Position numbers and translations under genes: made by a program. From the IMG/VR virus record IMGVR_UViG_3300010005_000039, positions 1 through 37,487 of that record: 37,487 nt of DNA; one strand, written 5' to 3'. Shown here in pieces: positions 27,618-35,363 of this stretch. The stretch's first letter is position 1. Each line of letters opens with the position of its first letter. The notes beneath the pieces were generated by a model. That model had not been told where the DNA came from and searched no databases. It saw only the letters and a list, made by a program, of their open reading frames with translations. The stretch is from a virus (taxonomy: Duplodnaviria; Caudoviricetes).

Positions 27618-28315
27618 GCCGCCCTCACTTCCACCCGTTCGGCCGGCGACCGCACCATCAACCGCCGGTGAAAGCAGCAATAGGCATCCGTCATCCCGGT
27701 CGCGGCGCCGCAGTAGAGCAGGCCCTCGGCCGGCGGCTTGGGCCCAAAACTGTTCCACAGCGGATAGGCGCACTGGTCAGCGCGCCGATGCGGCAGGGTC
27801 ACCGGATCCTCGTCGGGCGCCCGCGGCGGCGCGTCGCGCCAGTTGCGCGCCGGCACCTGGTGCTTGACGATCTCCACCCGAGCCGTCGGCGTGGCCACCC
27901 GCCGCCCATCGCTGCCGGTGTCGTAGCGCGCCGGAAAGGCCGCCCGGTTGTTGAGAACCAGGTGCTTCACCCGCGCCACCGTCTGGCCGAGATGATCGGC
28001 AATGTCCTTGATCGGCAGATTGTCGGCCCACAGCCTCGCCGCCTCGAGCGCCTCCTCGCGGCTCCAGTGCTGCCGAACCGCCACCGGCTGGGTGTCGATC
28101 ACCTTGGCCGGCTTGGCGCGCGCCGGCCGGCGCACAGGCTGCGGCCGGGCATCGAATTGCTCCGCATGGCGATAGATCATCCCGCACACGGCATTGCGCG
28201 AGCGGCCCAGCTCGGCCGCGATCGCGCTGGCCGTGGCGCGATCCTTATTCCAGCGCTGCTTGGCAAGCGCAAAGTCTGCATCCGTCCAGGGGTTTTCGGT
28301 CTTGAATTTCCCCAT
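27614..28315 (-). CDS. gcrA: GcrA-family cell-cycle regulator homologue
   Basis: WTD.....K..W....TAS.IA.ELG.SRNAVCG...R and C-terminal C.YPL...YCGA.....YC..H; start 28315. Confidence 0.85.
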   Translation of the reverse strand: MGKFKTENPWTDADFALAKQRWNKDRATASAIAAELGRSRNAVCGMIYRHAEQFDARPQPVRRPARAKPAKVIDTQPVAVRQHWSREEALEAARLWADNLPIKDIADHLGQTVARVKHLVLNNRAAFPARYDTGSDGRRVATPTARVEIVKHQVPARNWRDAPPRAPDEDPVTLPHRRADQCAYPLWNSFGPKPPAEGLLYCGAATGMTDAYCCFHRRLMVRSPAERVEVRAA

Positions 28316-28317
28316 GG

Positions 28318-28809
28318 TCAGTCGTCCCCGACCACACGCAGGCCACCGGCCGCACCGCCACGGGCCTTGATCACCGCCAGGGAGGCGCGCATGTCGGAGA
28401 TTGCCCGCTCTTCTGCGGCGAGCCGCTTGTCGACAAGATGCGCCTCGGACGGCGTCACGGTGTTGTCGGCAATCGCCTGCGCCACGGCCAGCGAGCTTTC
28501 GGCGCCGAGCCGCAGCTTTTCGGCATGCGCCGTCATCATGGAAACTTCGGCCTGGCGCTCCTCCTCCGGCTCGGAAAGCCGACGGCCATTGGCCTCGGCA
28601 AGAACGGCGGTCACAAGCGCATAGCCGCAATCCGCCTCGAGAACGACGACGGCGCCCAGCGGCATGTATTCGGGATTGGCCCCGCCGTTCCAGCGACCCA
28701 CTTCGGTTTTCGAAAACCCGGCCTTGTCGGCCGAGCGCTGGATGCCGCCGCAGCGTTCGATCAGGTCGCGCTGCGCGGCATAGAGGCGATAGGGAAGGGC
28801 TTCGTTCAT
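28318..28809 (-). CDS. CII-like phage regulatory protein
   Basis: AAQRDLI..CGG..R.A...G.S...V.RW HTH plus helical C-terminus with D..VTP.E; located downstream of cro; GAGGA RBS before 28809. Confidence 0.65.
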   Translation of the reverse strand: MNEALPYRLYAAQRDLIERCGGIQRSADKAGFSKTEVGRWNGGANPEYMPLGAVVVLEADCGYALVTAVLAEANGRRLSEPEEERQAEVSMMTAHAEKLRLGAESSLAVAQAIADNTVTPSEAHLVDKRLAAEERAISDMRASLAVIKARGGAAGGLRVVGDD

Positions 28810-28834
28810 GGTCGTGTCCTCGAAAGGCAATAGG

Positions 28835-28878
28835 TTTCCCGCGCCGGGAAAGTCCCGCGCGTTTTCCCGTAACGGGAA
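28835..28878. promoter_or_regulatory. Two TTCCCG-N3-CGGGAA palindromes, candidate regulator binding sites
   Basis: TTTCCCGCGCCGGGAAA at 28835-28851 and TTCCCGTAACGGGAA at 28864-28878. Confidence 0.6.
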
Positions 28879-28984
28879 GTGTCAAAAGCTGTTTTTAGTC
28901 AGGGCGTTACATCAGGGATAACGCCATGCAGTACGCCTCACTCATCCGCCCCCGCTCCACGCGTCCTTCGCCCGTTCCGGGGCG

Positions 28985-29192
28985 AGAAACTGCGCACCCC
29001 TGCCGCATGGAGACACGGCAGGGGTGCGCCCGCGACAGACCCGGGAGGAGGAAAGGCGCCGCGGATAGAATGAGCCCGGCAGGCACTTGGCGGACCTGCC
29101 GGGGTTTGCCGCGGCTGGCATTGTTGGCGACGCCAGGCCGGGCACACGCGCATGTGCAGACCGGGGATTTCTCACCCGGCCTGCTTGCCAAC
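28985..29192 (-). ncRNA. Candidate structured RNA with a CCUCCUCCC (cuckoo-like) loop
   Basis: Four consecutive hairpins including a perfect 14-bp stem (28992-29029); loop motif CCTCCTCCC at 29051-29043. Confidence 0.55.
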
Positions 29193-29247
29193 CGTCACGA
29201 GCCTGCGTCTTCTGGGTTTGCAAAGAACCAACAGAGGAATCAGATCC

Positions 29248-29523
29248 ATGACGGAAGACGACGAGGAAAAGAGCCCGGCGTATTTGCGCGCCGAGATCGC
29301 CACGCTTCGACACATGCTCGAAATAGCCATCAGCACTATGCGGCCGGACGCGCGCGAGTTCATCTCGCGCCGCATGTGGGAGACGCAGAAAAACTACCAG
29401 CAGATGTCGGACGAGAAGCAGACCGATCCGCTCCGAGACAAGGCTGCGATTCTGTGGGACACGGCCGCCAGCCTCGACAACCTTCTCGACGAAAACACTT
29501 TCGAGGAACTCAGGTCCGATTAG
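29248..29523 (+). CDS. Hypothetical protein antisense to the early operon
   Basis: 91 aa acidic helical ORF with GAGGA RBS and coding-like codon usage. Confidence 0.7.
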   Translation: MTEDDEEKSPAYLRAEIATLRHMLEIAISTMRPDAREFISRRMWETQKNYQQMSDEKQTDPLRDKAAILWDTAASLDNLLDENTFEELRSD

Positions 29524-29674
29524 CAGCAGCTGCGAGACGCGTTTCGCGCGCCGCCACCTTTGCCATGTGTTCGGCCCATCGCTTGTTTGACGCGACACGC
29601 TCCTGGTACGCCCGGAATCCAAGCCCAAGTGAGCGCAATCCGGCGACGGGACGCGAGCGGATCGATGTGCGCAT
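29510..29674 (-). CDS. Small basic protein downstream of cro (54 aa, not in the ORF track)
   Basis: GGGAGAG RBS; MRTSIRSRPVAGLRSLGLGFRAYQERVASNKRWAEHMAKVAARETRLAAAANRT. Confidence 0.5.
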   Translation of the reverse strand: MRTSIRSRPVAGLRSLGLGFRAYQERVASNKRWAEHMAKVAARETRLAAAANRT

Positions 29675-29705
29675 GAAACTCTCCCATAGGTTTGAGCGGC
29701 GGCCA

Positions 29706-29942
29706 TCATTCTGCGGCCTCCTGGACGGTCTCCGACGTGAGGTCGGAGAAGAACAGCGAGTCCGACCAGTCTATGTCTGGCCGATCAGCAGCTGCTTCCC
29801 TAATCGCTTCCATTTCCTTGAGCGTTGGGCAGCCACCGTTCTCCCAACGTGAGACGGTTGCCTGCGTGACATGGGCGATCGCTGCGAACTCAGCCTGAGT
29901 TGCTTTGAAGACATGCCTGCGGATGCGCTCAAGTGCGTTCAT
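29706..29942 (-). CDS. Cro-like HTH regulator
   Basis: TQAEFAAIAHVTQATVSRWENG HTH, divergent from CI; ATG 29942 lies 7 nt after a TATGAT -10, so probably leaderless. Confidence 0.9.
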   Translation of the reverse strand: MNALERIRRHVFKATQAEFAAIAHVTQATVSRWENGGCPTLKEMEAIREAAADRPDIDWSDSLFFSDLTSETVQEAAE

Positions 29943-29949
29943 GCCGCGC

Positions 29950-30024
29950 ATCATATGCGCAAACGTATTTTCCGCAAGCTATTTTTATACGCAAGCGGAT
30001 TTCCAGTTTTATTCGCAAACGAAT
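29950..30024. promoter_or_regulatory. OR-like operators and cro promoter
   Basis: ATGCGCAAACGTAT 29955-29968, ATACGCAAGCGGAT 29987-30000, ATTCGCAAACGAAT 30011-30024; minus-strand TTGCGG-16-TATGAT. Confidence 0.85.
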
Positions 30025-30035
30025 AACGTGAAGGG

Positions 30036-30692
30036 ATGACAAGTGTGGAACGGAAAATTCGCGACATTCTAAAGCGAGCCGGATGGAAGCAGGGCGACCT
30101 GGCTGAACGCTTAGGCGTCTCTCAAGCAACGGTCAGCCGATGGCTTTCCGGCTCGGATCCCAAGGGCGAGCAGCATGTTGCGATCAATGCGCTACATGAA
30201 GAACTCGTCGACAATACCCCGACGCGAGGCGACGATACCACCATTGTGAAGGTGGTAGGGTACGTTGGTGCCGGAGCGGTGATTGAGCCGGATTTCGAGC
30301 AGGAAGATCCCGACGGGCTTGACCAAATTGAACTCCCCTTCCCCGTTCCCGCCGAGATGATCGCCTTCCAAGTTCGTGGTGATTCGATGTTCCCGGTTTA
30401 TAAGGACGGCGCGGCCATCATTGCCTACAGAGACCAGAAGCGCCCATTATCTTCGTTTTATGGCGAGGATGCCATAGTTCGAACCGGCGACGGCAGACGG
30501 CTACTCAAAACCATCATGCGCGGATCGAGCGGTGGAGTGGTTACGCTTTCTTCCTTTAATGCACCGCCCATCGAGGATGTTTCCCTGGAGTGGATCGGCG
30601 AAATCTGGACCATTTTCCCAAAATCCCAAATTAAATACGTCGCCCAAAAGGGTGGACTTCAAGGAAGACTACGGCTCGCGTCGAGCACCTAG
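30036..30692 (+). CDS. CI-like repressor (HTH + S24 autopeptidase)
   Basis: QGDLAERLGVSQATVSRW HTH; VGAG cleavage site; GDSM catalytic Ser; LLK catalytic Lys. Confidence 0.95.
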   Translation: MTSVERKIRDILKRAGWKQGDLAERLGVSQATVSRWLSGSDPKGEQHVAINALHEELVDNTPTRGDDTTIVKVVGYVGAGAVIEPDFEQEDPDGLDQIELPFPVPAEMIAFQVRGDSMFPVYKDGAAIIAYRDQKRPLSSFYGEDAIVRTGDGRRLLKTIMRGSSGGVVTLSSFNAPPIEDVSLEWIGEIWTIFPKSQIKYVAQKGGLQGRLRLASST

Positions 30693-30702
30693 AGCAAACA
30701 GA

Positions 30703-30753
30703 ATACGTTTGCGTATATTTTTTCGTTGACGCTTATACATTTGCGTATATTAT
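30703..30753 (+). promoter_or_regulatory. OL-like operators and PL-like promoter
   Basis: ATACGTTTGCGTAT 30703-30716 and ATACATTTGCGTAT 30735-30748; TTGACG(30726)-16-TATTAT. Confidence 0.85.
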
Positions 30754-30865
30754 GCCTCTCGTTCCCTTCCGGAACAGAGAGCGCTGCAGCCCGGGCCCCG
30801 TCTTTGAAACCTGGCAACCCAGCCGGCAGCGCTCTCCATCCGGACCATTCCGAACGGAGAGTAAA

Positions 30866-31126
30866 ATGTTCCAGTCCCGCCAGCCCATTACCGACGCATA
30901 TTACGAAGCCTTCCGGGCCGATTGCATCGCCAATCCCAAGCCGCACCTGACATCGACAGCGGGCCGCACCCGCACCATGTCGAGAGAGATCATGGGCGAC
31001 TGGCTGCTCGCCCATCCCGGCTGCACCGAAGACGAGATCCGGTCAGAGTTCACCGACGACGAGGTCTCGCGCTTCCTCAAGCCCGCGAAGCAATACGCCA
31101 TCCGCAAGTCCGGCGACCTGCACTGA
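30866..31126 (+). CDS. Hypothetical early protein
   Basis: 86 aa from ATG 30866 after GGAGAG. Confidence 0.75.
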   Translation: MFQSRQPITDAYYEAFRADCIANPKPHLTSTAGRTRTMSREIMGDWLLAHPGCTEDEIRSEFTDDEVSRFLKPAKQYAIRKSGDLH

Positions 31127-31202
31127 CAGGTCCGCTTCGGCGTCGACCATCCGGACAACCCCGCCGGCTGGTCGACATCGAAACGGACCCGGAGGTTTCA
31201 CC

Positions 31203-31349
31203 ATGCATCCCACTTCCAGCCTTCATCTCATCAGCCTTGGCTACATGGTCACGCTCTTTGCCGTCATCGGCTGGGGCGCGGTCTGCTGGGAGGCGCAACT
31301 CGCCGCCGAGGCCGCCAAGGCGCCCATCGCCATCGCCGCCATCAAGTGA
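31203..31349 (+). CDS. Small single-pass membrane protein (48 aa, not in the ORF track)
   Basis: GGAGG RBS; MHPTSSLHLISLGYMVTLFAVIGWGAVCWEAQLAAEAAKAPIAIAAIK. Confidence 0.7.
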   Translation: MHPTSSLHLISLGYMVTLFAVIGWGAVCWEAQLAAEAAKAPIAIAAIK

Positions 31350-31357
31350 GGCCAGCC

Positions 31358-31573
31358 ATGCAGCCCGATCTTTCCCTGCGCACGATCAGCCCCGATCTCG
31401 CCGACATCCTCGACACCGCCGCCGGCCATGATGCCGATCCGGCCGGCATCGAGGCCTTCACCAGCGAATGGCTGATCAACGAAACTCTGCGCGAATATCC
31501 CGATATGACGCGCGACCAGGCGCTTGCCCTCATCCGTCAGGCCGAGACTGAAGCATCCGAAGGCGGGCTCTGA
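31358..31573 (+). CDS. Hypothetical acidic protein
   Basis: 71 aa, GAGG RBS. Confidence 0.7.
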   Translation: MQPDLSLRTISPDLADILDTAAGHDADPAGIEAFTSEWLINETLREYPDMTRDQALALIRQAETEASEGGL

Positions 31574-31574
31574 C

Positions 31575-31880
31575 ATGACCGCGATCGAGCTTGCAGCCAC
31601 CGGCACCGCCGCCTTGGCGTCCGCGTTTGCCGCCTTCCAGTCATGGCGCCTGAGCCGCCTCCTGACATCCGCCCGCCGCGTCACCGACAGCGCGCTGCAG
31701 TCCCGTTCCGGCCTGCGCTTCATCGCCGAGGGCCGCGCCGATCCGCTCGAACCGCATTTCGCCTTGGCCTTGCTCGATGGCAACGACTTCGCGCTCCGCC
31801 GTAACTTCCCCGCATGGTCCGCATTCCGCGATTTCGAGCGCGAACGCGACATTGATCTGGAGTTCGAAGCCCATGACTGA
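31575..31880 (+). CDS. Hypothetical protein with hydrophobic N-terminus
   Basis: 101 aa, abuts neighbouring genes. Confidence 0.65.
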   Translation: MTAIELAATGTAALASAFAAFQSWRLSRLLTSARRVTDSALQSRSGLRFIAEGRADPLEPHFALALLDGNDFALRRNFPAWSAFRDFERERDIDLEFEAHD

Positions 31881-32601
31881 ACAATTCCCCAATCTCACAG
31901 CCTTCATCACGGATGCGGTGACGCGCCACACCAGCGAGGACGCAATCCGCGACCTCGTCGACAAGAACGTCGGCGCCATTGTGAAGCGCTCGATCGACGA
32001 CGCCTTCCGCAGTTATGGCGATGTCGGCAAGCAGATCGAAGCCGCAGTCGTCAAGGCGCTCGCATTGCCGGACGACCTCGACGTGCCGGCTTATGGGCAC
32101 ATGGTCCTAGCTGTCGTGAATGCGAAGCTCGACGAAAAGCTCAACGACTTGCTCAAGGGCCAGATCAGCGCACAGCTCGACGAGATGCTGTCGATCGCGC
32201 CGCCGGTCCTGAAGCTGTCCGACGTCGTCGAGGCCATGCGCGAGCACCGCAAGAGCGAGGCGGAATGGGATCACTGCAGCACCTTCACGGCAGAGGTCGA
32301 GGAAGGCAGCTATTCGAGCACGTGGATACGGCTGGATTGCCAGAAGCGCGAGACTTCAAGCCTTTATTCGTCGCGTCCGGAAAAGCATTTCCATGAGGTC
32401 CGCTTCCTCGCGAACACCAAGGAAGCGAGCAGCATTTCCGCCCTCTCGATCGACAAGCGAGAGGTCGACAGCACCTATCGCCTGAATCACATGCCGAAAT
32501 GGAAGCGGATGATCTTTGCCGCCTATTGCTGCAAGACGCCATTTTTGATCGACGCGACTGATTTCGACACCGAGATCGAGGAGCACGGATACGATGGCTG
32601 A
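31873..32601 (+). CDS. Hypothetical phage protein
   Basis: 242 aa from ATG 31873, strong GC3 bias, overlaps both neighbours. Confidence 0.8.
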   Translation: MTEQFPNLTAFITDAVTRHTSEDAIRDLVDKNVGAIVKRSIDDAFRSYGDVGKQIEAAVVKALALPDDLDVPAYGHMVLAVVNAKLDEKLNDLLKGQISAQLDEMLSIAPPVLKLSDVVEAMREHRKSEAEWDHCSTFTAEVEEGSYSSTWIRLDCQKRETSSLYSSRPEKHFHEVRFLANTKEASSISALSIDKREVDSTYRLNHMPKWKRMIFAAYCCKTPFLIDATDFDTEIEEHGYDG

Positions 32602-32935
32602 CCTCACCCTTAACCTCAGCGCCCTATGGCAGGACGTCGGCACCAAAGAGTTCGCCGACGCGCTGGCCACGCTTGGCTACGTCCTGCCCGTAACCGAACA
32701 GGCCGGAGAGATCGGCGAGATCGTTGACGCGAACGGCGCAAACATTCTCCAGGTCGATCCGCTCGGCGTCCGCGATGACGCCGAAGTGACGGCGATCGCT
32801 GCTCTGGTCACCCTGGCCATCAATCTTGCCGCCGGCTTCCCGCCGATCGCAGCGTCTACCTCTCCCCCTGTGGGAGAGGATAGGCAGGCCGGGCAAGGCA
32901 CAGCCGCGCCCTTGGCCGAACTTGGTGAGGGGTGA
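32594..32935 (+). CDS. Hypothetical protein
   Basis: 113 aa with GAGGAG RBS. Confidence 0.75.
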   Translation: MADLTLNLSALWQDVGTKEFADALATLGYVLPVTEQAGEIGEIVDANGANILQVDPLGVRDDAEVTAIAALVTLAINLAAGFPPIAASTSPPVGEDRQAGQGTAAPLAELGEG

Positions 32936-32941
32936 AACGGC

Positions 32942-34138
32942 ATGGCTGAACACACCCTGATCGAATGGGCCCGCCACCCGGTCACCGGCCTCGGCGCTAC
33001 CTGGAACATCGTCACCGGCTGCGCAGTCGTTTCGCCCGGCTGCACCAACTGCTATGCGATGAAGCTGGCCGGCAACCGGCTGCGCAATCACGCCAGCCGA
33101 AAGGGCCTCACGGTCCAGACCAAGGCCGGCCCGGTCTGGAATGGCCAAGTCCGCTTCAACGAGCAATGGCTCACCCAGCCGCTGGCCTGGAAGAAGCCGC
33201 ACGGCATCTTCGTGGCCGCCCACGGTGATCTCTTCGCCGACGGCGTCACCGACGACCAGCTCGACCGCATCTTCGCCGTCATGGCGCTCACCCCGCAGCA
33301 TGTCTATTACGTGCTGACCAAGCGGCCCGAGCGGATGCGGGCGTATCTCCGTAGCGAAGAAACCGCCCGCCGGATCTACGATATCGTTTGTGACATGACG
33401 CTCGACATGATGCTGCAAGTCGTGCTGATTGCCGAGCCGCGCCATGAAGTTCACGCCCCGAAGGGTCCGCGCGTTCGGCTCGGAACATGGCCGCTTCCCA
33501 ACGTCTGGCTCGGCGTCTCTGTAGAGGATCAGACCCGCGCCGACGAGCGCATCCCGATCCTGCTAGACACCCCGGCCGCCATCCGCTTCATCAGCGCCGA
33601 GCCGCTGCTCGGCCCGATCGATCTGGAATCTGCATGGCACGGCGAGAATGCGCTGGAGTCGGAATGTTGGGGCGATTGCGGATGGTGCGAGCAAGGGCAC
33701 ACACCACTCCACAATTGCGCCCGAGGCAAACAGTCGAACGACGCGCTCGCAAAGGGCAGATCCGGTCTCGACTGGGTCATAGCAGGCGGCGAGTCCGGTC
33801 CCTCGGCCCGCCCGTCGCACCCCGATTGGTTCCGCAGCCTGCGTGACCAGTGCGCCGAGGCCGACGTGGCCTTTTTCTTCAAGCAATGGGGCAACTGGGC
33901 ACCGGACACCGGCCCGATGCCGTCAGGCGATCCGATCATGGATGGCCGCGCAAGATGCGCCGTCTGGCAGGGCGACCGCTGGCACTTTGCCGCCGATGGC
34001 TACATGCCGCCATCAGACACGGGCGAAGGCGAATGGGTCTATCACCTCGGCAAGAAGGCCGCCGGCCGCATGCTCGATGGCCAGGCGCATTCCGCCTTCC
34101 CTGACATCAGCCCTGACACCGGAGGCGCACGGACATGA
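32942..34138 (+). CDS. Phage Gp37/Gp68 (DUF5131) family protein
   Basis: T.IEW, TWN..TGC..VSPGCTNCYA, DLF, LTKRPER, NVWLGVSVEDQ, FISAEPLLGP, DWVI.GGESG, FFFKQWG and KKAAGR.LDG motifs. Confidence 0.95.
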   Translation: MAEHTLIEWARHPVTGLGATWNIVTGCAVVSPGCTNCYAMKLAGNRLRNHASRKGLTVQTKAGPVWNGQVRFNEQWLTQPLAWKKPHGIFVAAHGDLFADGVTDDQLDRIFAVMALTPQHVYYVLTKRPERMRAYLRSEETARRIYDIVCDMTLDMMLQVVLIAEPRHEVHAPKGPRVRLGTWPLPNVWLGVSVEDQTRADERIPILLDTPAAIRFISAEPLLGPIDLESAWHGENALESECWGDCGWCEQGHTPLHNCARGKQSNDALAKGRSGLDWVIAGGESGPSARPSHPDWFRSLRDQCAEADVAFFFKQWGNWAPDTGPMPSGDPIMDGRARCAVWQGDRWHFAADGYMPPSDTGEGEWVYHLGKKAAGRMLDGQAHSAFPDISPDTGGART

Positions 34139-34437
34139 CCGACAAATGCCCATCCTGCGGCGTCGCGGACGAAGAGCGCGAAGCTGACGCGCAGGCCGCC
34201 TTCGATGCCGTGGCAGCGTGCATCGGGGCACGCCAAGATCTGGCATTGATTGACGGCAAGCTGCCGGCAGGTTTTGGCCAGGCCATCTTGGGAGGCTTCA
34301 TGCAGGCCATCGTCGCGTCCGCTTGTGGGATGGCGGGCGATAAGAACCATGATCAGGTGCAGGCCTATCTTGTCGAGCTGCTCCACCTCGCCATTGAGGA
34401 TGAGAAGGCGATGCCGTCGACAGGGACGGTGCAATGA
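34135..34437 (+). CDS. Hypothetical protein
   Basis: 100 aa, ATGA-coupled at both ends, GGAGG RBS. Confidence 0.75.
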   Translation: MTDKCPSCGVADEEREADAQAAFDAVAACIGARQDLALIDGKLPAGFGQAILGGFMQAIVASACGMAGDKNHDQVQAYLVELLHLAIEDEKAMPSTGTVQ

Positions 34438-34805
34438 CCAAGCCCGTCCGCCTCCAGCTTTCCCGCCGCAAGGGCTACAGCCTGCAAGCCGCCACGATCG
34501 CCGCCAACGGCCTGCCGGCCGTCATTGTCGCGCGCCCCGGCCCATGGGGTAATCCGTTCCGTGTCAGTGCCACCAGATCGGCAGCTGAAAGCGTAGCGGA
34601 ATTCCGCTTGATGATGAACCACGCACTGGCAGCGACCAACGAAGTCATGGGCGACCGGCTCAAGACGCTGCGCGGCAAGAACCTTGCCTGCTGGTGCAAA
34701 CCCGGCGACCCCTGCCATGCCGACGTCCTGCTCGAACTGGCAAACCCGAGCGAGATCCGCGGCAAGAGCGCCCGCCTCATCATCTGCGACGAGGTCGGAC
34801 TATGA
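34434..34805 (+). CDS. DUF4326 family protein
   Basis: RPGPWGNPF and LRGKNLACWC...PCHADVLLELAN motifs. Confidence 0.9.
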   Translation: MTKPVRLQLSRRKGYSLQAATIAANGLPAVIVARPGPWGNPFRVSATRSAAESVAEFRLMMNHALAATNEVMGDRLKTLRGKNLACWCKPGDPCHADVLLELANPSEIRGKSARLIICDEVGL

Positions 34806-35134
34806 GCAAACCATCCGATCGCCCCTACCACGCCCGGGTGCGCGTCGAGCGCAAGCCGGACCCCGTGCCGCCGCCGCCCTATCTCTGCGTCATCTGCGAG
34901 CAGACCATCACCATGGCGGGCACGGAATGGAACTGGCCGCATCCGGAGTTCCGGCAGGGCCCGGTCTGCCAAGGCTGCGCCCATCGTTGGGGCTATTCGA
35001 ATGTCGCCCAGCGCTTCCACAAGAACGAGCGCCGCAAGGCGATGAAGCTCAACGCCGTGATCTCGGCGCTGTCATGGGAAATCATGAACGGCAATGGCCG
35101 TTGGAAGCGAGGGCGTCGCCATGCCGGCCACTAA
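34802..35134 (+). CDS. Hypothetical protein with CxxC...CxxC motif
   Basis: ATG 34802 overlaps the upstream stop; CVIC...CQGC. Confidence 0.7.
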   Translation: MSKPSDRPYHARVRVERKPDPVPPPPYLCVICEQTITMAGTEWNWPHPEFRQGPVCQGCAHRWGYSNVAQRFHKNERRKAMKLNAVISALSWEIMNGNGRWKRGRRHAGH

Positions 35135-35363
35135 AGTCGAGCCCGTCGCCGATCGCTTTTCCATGGACGACGTCATCAATGGCATCGCGGCCGACATCGC
35201 CGAGCTGCGCAGCGGCGCGATCACGGTGGAAAACGCCCGCGTCCGCGCCGAGCTGGCCAAGCAATATCTCGCCGGCGTCCGCCTCGTCGTCCAGGCGCAG
35301 AAATACCTTCAGGAAAATGCCAAGCCGATCGGAGTGGGAACGTCGGGGGATATCGATGCCTGA
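35121..35363 (+). CDS. Hypothetical protein
   Basis: 80 aa from ATG 35121 after GAGGG. Confidence 0.7.
   Translation: MPATKVEPVADRFSMDDVINGIAADIAELRSGAITVENARVRAELAKQYLAGVRLVVQAQKYLQENAKPIGVGTSGDIDA

Noticed and set aside
26050-29852. Long plus-strand ORFs 26050-27225, 27668-28624, 28926-29852 and minus-strand ORF 28942-29709
   Set aside because: Arg/Pro/Ala-rich translations without motifs, overlapping better-supported genes or hairpin-rich non-coding DNA
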